In this document: in pieces, positions 61,377 to 64,000 of the stretch
Layout of the letters: each line of letters begins with the position of its first letter
Numbering within the stretch: the first letter of the stretch is position 1
Assembly: GCA_964016885.1 (NCBI GenBank)
Contig: OZ024742.1
Span: 201,934,001-201,998,000, forward strand
Reading direction: 5' to 3'
Origin: Eledone cirrhosa
Taxonomy: Eukaryota
Length of the DNA: 64,000 nucleotides
Notes under the pieces: model-generated
What the model was told of the DNA's origin: nothing
Database searches by the model: none
The model's input: only the letters and a program-made list of their open reading frames with translations
Position numbers and translations under genes: made by a program

Positions 61377-63303
61377 TGAGCATCAAAAACTGACGCTACT
61401 CAATAATTCATTCATAATTTAGGTGCTATTTACAAATCCGATAGCGAACACGAAAAATTTGAAATTGCGTAGTCAATAAAATACATGCAATCTCAATTGC
61501 AGGCGTCTATAATCTTAAAGCCTGCTGGCAAAGATTTTATATATATTCATATCCTTCTTAATAGTTACTTACAGTATATGCCAAAATATATGAAGATAAA
61601 ATCATAATAACAGTTATTCAGCTTTATTAAACCTATCCTTTCTTTTGTTATCCGATTCTACATTTGCACCTGAATTGTGCTCTTGTTTACAGTAGAGATA
61701 CGGTGCCAAATCTTTTGTGAGAATTTCATGTTTGTTTCTTTTACGTTACTTTTTTTCTATGTTAACTTTGATATACTAGTATGGCAATTGATGCTTATAT
61801 ATAGACATTGCAGCCATAGCTAATTGCTCTAACCAACCAGCCAACCAGCCAAGTAGATAGCCAGTCAGCTCATACGTGAAAGTATATATATTCATACTAA
61901 GTCTAAAAAAGTCTAAAATCTGTCTTAAGCCAGAAGGCTCATTTGGCCGGTGCTTATCCCGGTTTCATGGCGTGAAGCGTCTGAGAGTACAAGATTCCCC
62001 CCTGGTCAGGGCGCTAGTCCATCGCAATTCATACTAATCCGCGTGTCAAACACTACTTGTTAATTTAGTAATCCTACTCATGAAATTAACATGCAAAAGC
62101 ATTAGCATTCCATGTACACGTATACCCTTGACTAATTGTTTTTTTGTTATTTTTAGCTGCGTGGACAGAATCAACGTGAAATAAATGTCTTGCCCATGGA
62201 CACCACGTGCCTCCCTGAATCGAAATGACTAACGTATGATCTTCAATTGTACACGATAATAACTAAGCCACGAGATTAACAAACATACTAATATAAGCTA
62301 AACCTTGTAAATATATCACACACCCTAATTTTAATGTCAAAAGACTCGTTTCGCATTTTCTTCGTGGTAGCTTCAATTTGTGAATTTTCTCTTCTCAGCT
62401 TCAGTAATAGTTAATAATCTTAAAACAGCTCAGTGACTCTTGTCTTGCTTACCACTATTTAATAATACGAAAATTAGATACGCAGTTTCGATAAAAAGGC
62501 CGACGACACGTAATCCGTTTGAGCTTGCTCTTGAAATAGCGAGCTAGAGGATGAACAATTCACAGATAAGTGTACCCTGAAATAGTTCTCAGACAGAGTT
62601 AGTGTGATATATTGAATGACAAAGTTGGCCCTTTGAACTAGAGGTCAACTGTCGTTTTTGCCAGCTGAGTGTATTGGAGCAATGTGAAATAAATTGTCTT
62701 ATTCAGGGACACAAGACGCAGTTGTTGTGAATGTAAGTCGTAACCTTACAATCGAGAGCCGAATACCTAAGTCATGCGCCTTCATTCTTTAAATGACATT
62801 TAAATACACACACACTGTCACGAGGAAAATTATAACAAAGCTGGCGCAGACATACGTGTGTGGTGTAATCTATTGCATGTACGGAGAAGAGTAAGCGAAA
62901 CACACAAAAACATGTCGATATAATTATAAAAACGACGTTCAGTGGGAAAAGTGGGGATATTTATATGAATTATTCATATGAATAGTACAATTATCCAAGT
63001 CATTGATTTGCGATCGAAATTTGACACTATTTTCAAAAGAATGTTTTTATTATGTATTTAATACCTTTAATACTCTAGAGTTATATTGACGACGACATTT
63101 AAAAACAAATTGTATTGAATAACATAAGATTAAAATCTATATATCTTAGCACGGAGTTCAAATGTTCAAATCAGAAAAATTGATACAAACAAAAAAACAA
63201 AGGAAATGAGATACGGTTATAATGAAAATGAAAATAATGGAAGAAGCAAAGAAAGCGTTATTTACTGACACAAAAAAATTGATTGAGAGGACTATAAGAA
63301 ATA

Positions 63304-63603
63304 ATTGTTTCTACTTTTGGCAGAAGGCCAGCAATTAGCCAGTGTATTACTGGTACTTTATTTTATCGACCCCGTAAGGATGAAAGGCAAAGTTAACCTT
63401 GGCGGGATAAGAAATAATTGTTTCTACTTTAGGCACAAGGCCAGTAATTACCCAGTGTATTATGGTACTTTATTTTATCGACCCCGTAAGGATGAAAGGC
63501 AAAGTCAACTTCGCGGGATCGGCAACTCAGAATGGCAAGGGCCGTAACTCTATGCGTCAAAGCATGGTGTCCGACCCTCTACCGATACTGCCAATTCACC
63601 GCA
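63304..63603 (-). mobile_element. Two tandem SINE family A copies
   Basis: A partial copy at 63304-63408 and a full copy at about 63418-63603, each preceded by ATAAGAA(A)TAATTG. Confidence 0.88.
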
Positions 63604-64000
63604 CTGCGGGATAATAAATAATGGCGTCGCTTTAATGTCAAAATTATCACATATGTACGTATATAACTATGTATGTATGTATGTATGTATGCATTGTATC
63701 TATGCGTGTACCTGAACGTCTATTTTCATTGAAATGTTCGAAACCATTCAAACGTTGTTCAAAGTTGAACATGATTTACTGAACTGATTTTTCAGGCTGG
63801 GAATATAATGGAGTGAATGAGAGTGAATTCAAATAAAATACAAATGTATATATACTATTAAAGTGTTACAGTTTTATGTGTCGTAATTTTAGTCCTAACT
63901 ATCATTTTAAACCCTTTTTATAATATTTAATTCCGAATAATTTCTCTGTTCCTCTATATCTAGAACTAGAAATTAACAGAGTATCCTATTTCACGTTTGA

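Overview
AT-rich, microsatellite-dense eukaryotic DNA, most likely from an octopus-like cephalopod. That origin is inferred from the SINE types, the repeat landscape and the receptor sequence, and is not verified. The only host coding sequence I can support is one 1057-bp internal exon of a cation-type nicotinic acetylcholine receptor alpha subunit (minus strand, 48684-49740). The rest is repeats: RTE and R4-like LINE remnants, two tRNA-derived SINE families, non-autonomous Helitrons, a hAT-like MITE and Penelope-like retroelements (PLEs) with C-terminal GIY-YIG endonucleases. The main signal is a dense, multi-family set of short cassettes embedded in (TA)n tracts. Many are fold-back (inverted) structures and carry hammerhead ribozyme cores (CUGANGA...GAAA), with about 20 complete or partial motifs found by eye. 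These motifs show covarying stems, palindromic stem III sequences and a shared downstream YACTC...GAGTR hairpin. Most short ORFs in the track are microsatellite artefacts. All structures were read manually and no searches were run.
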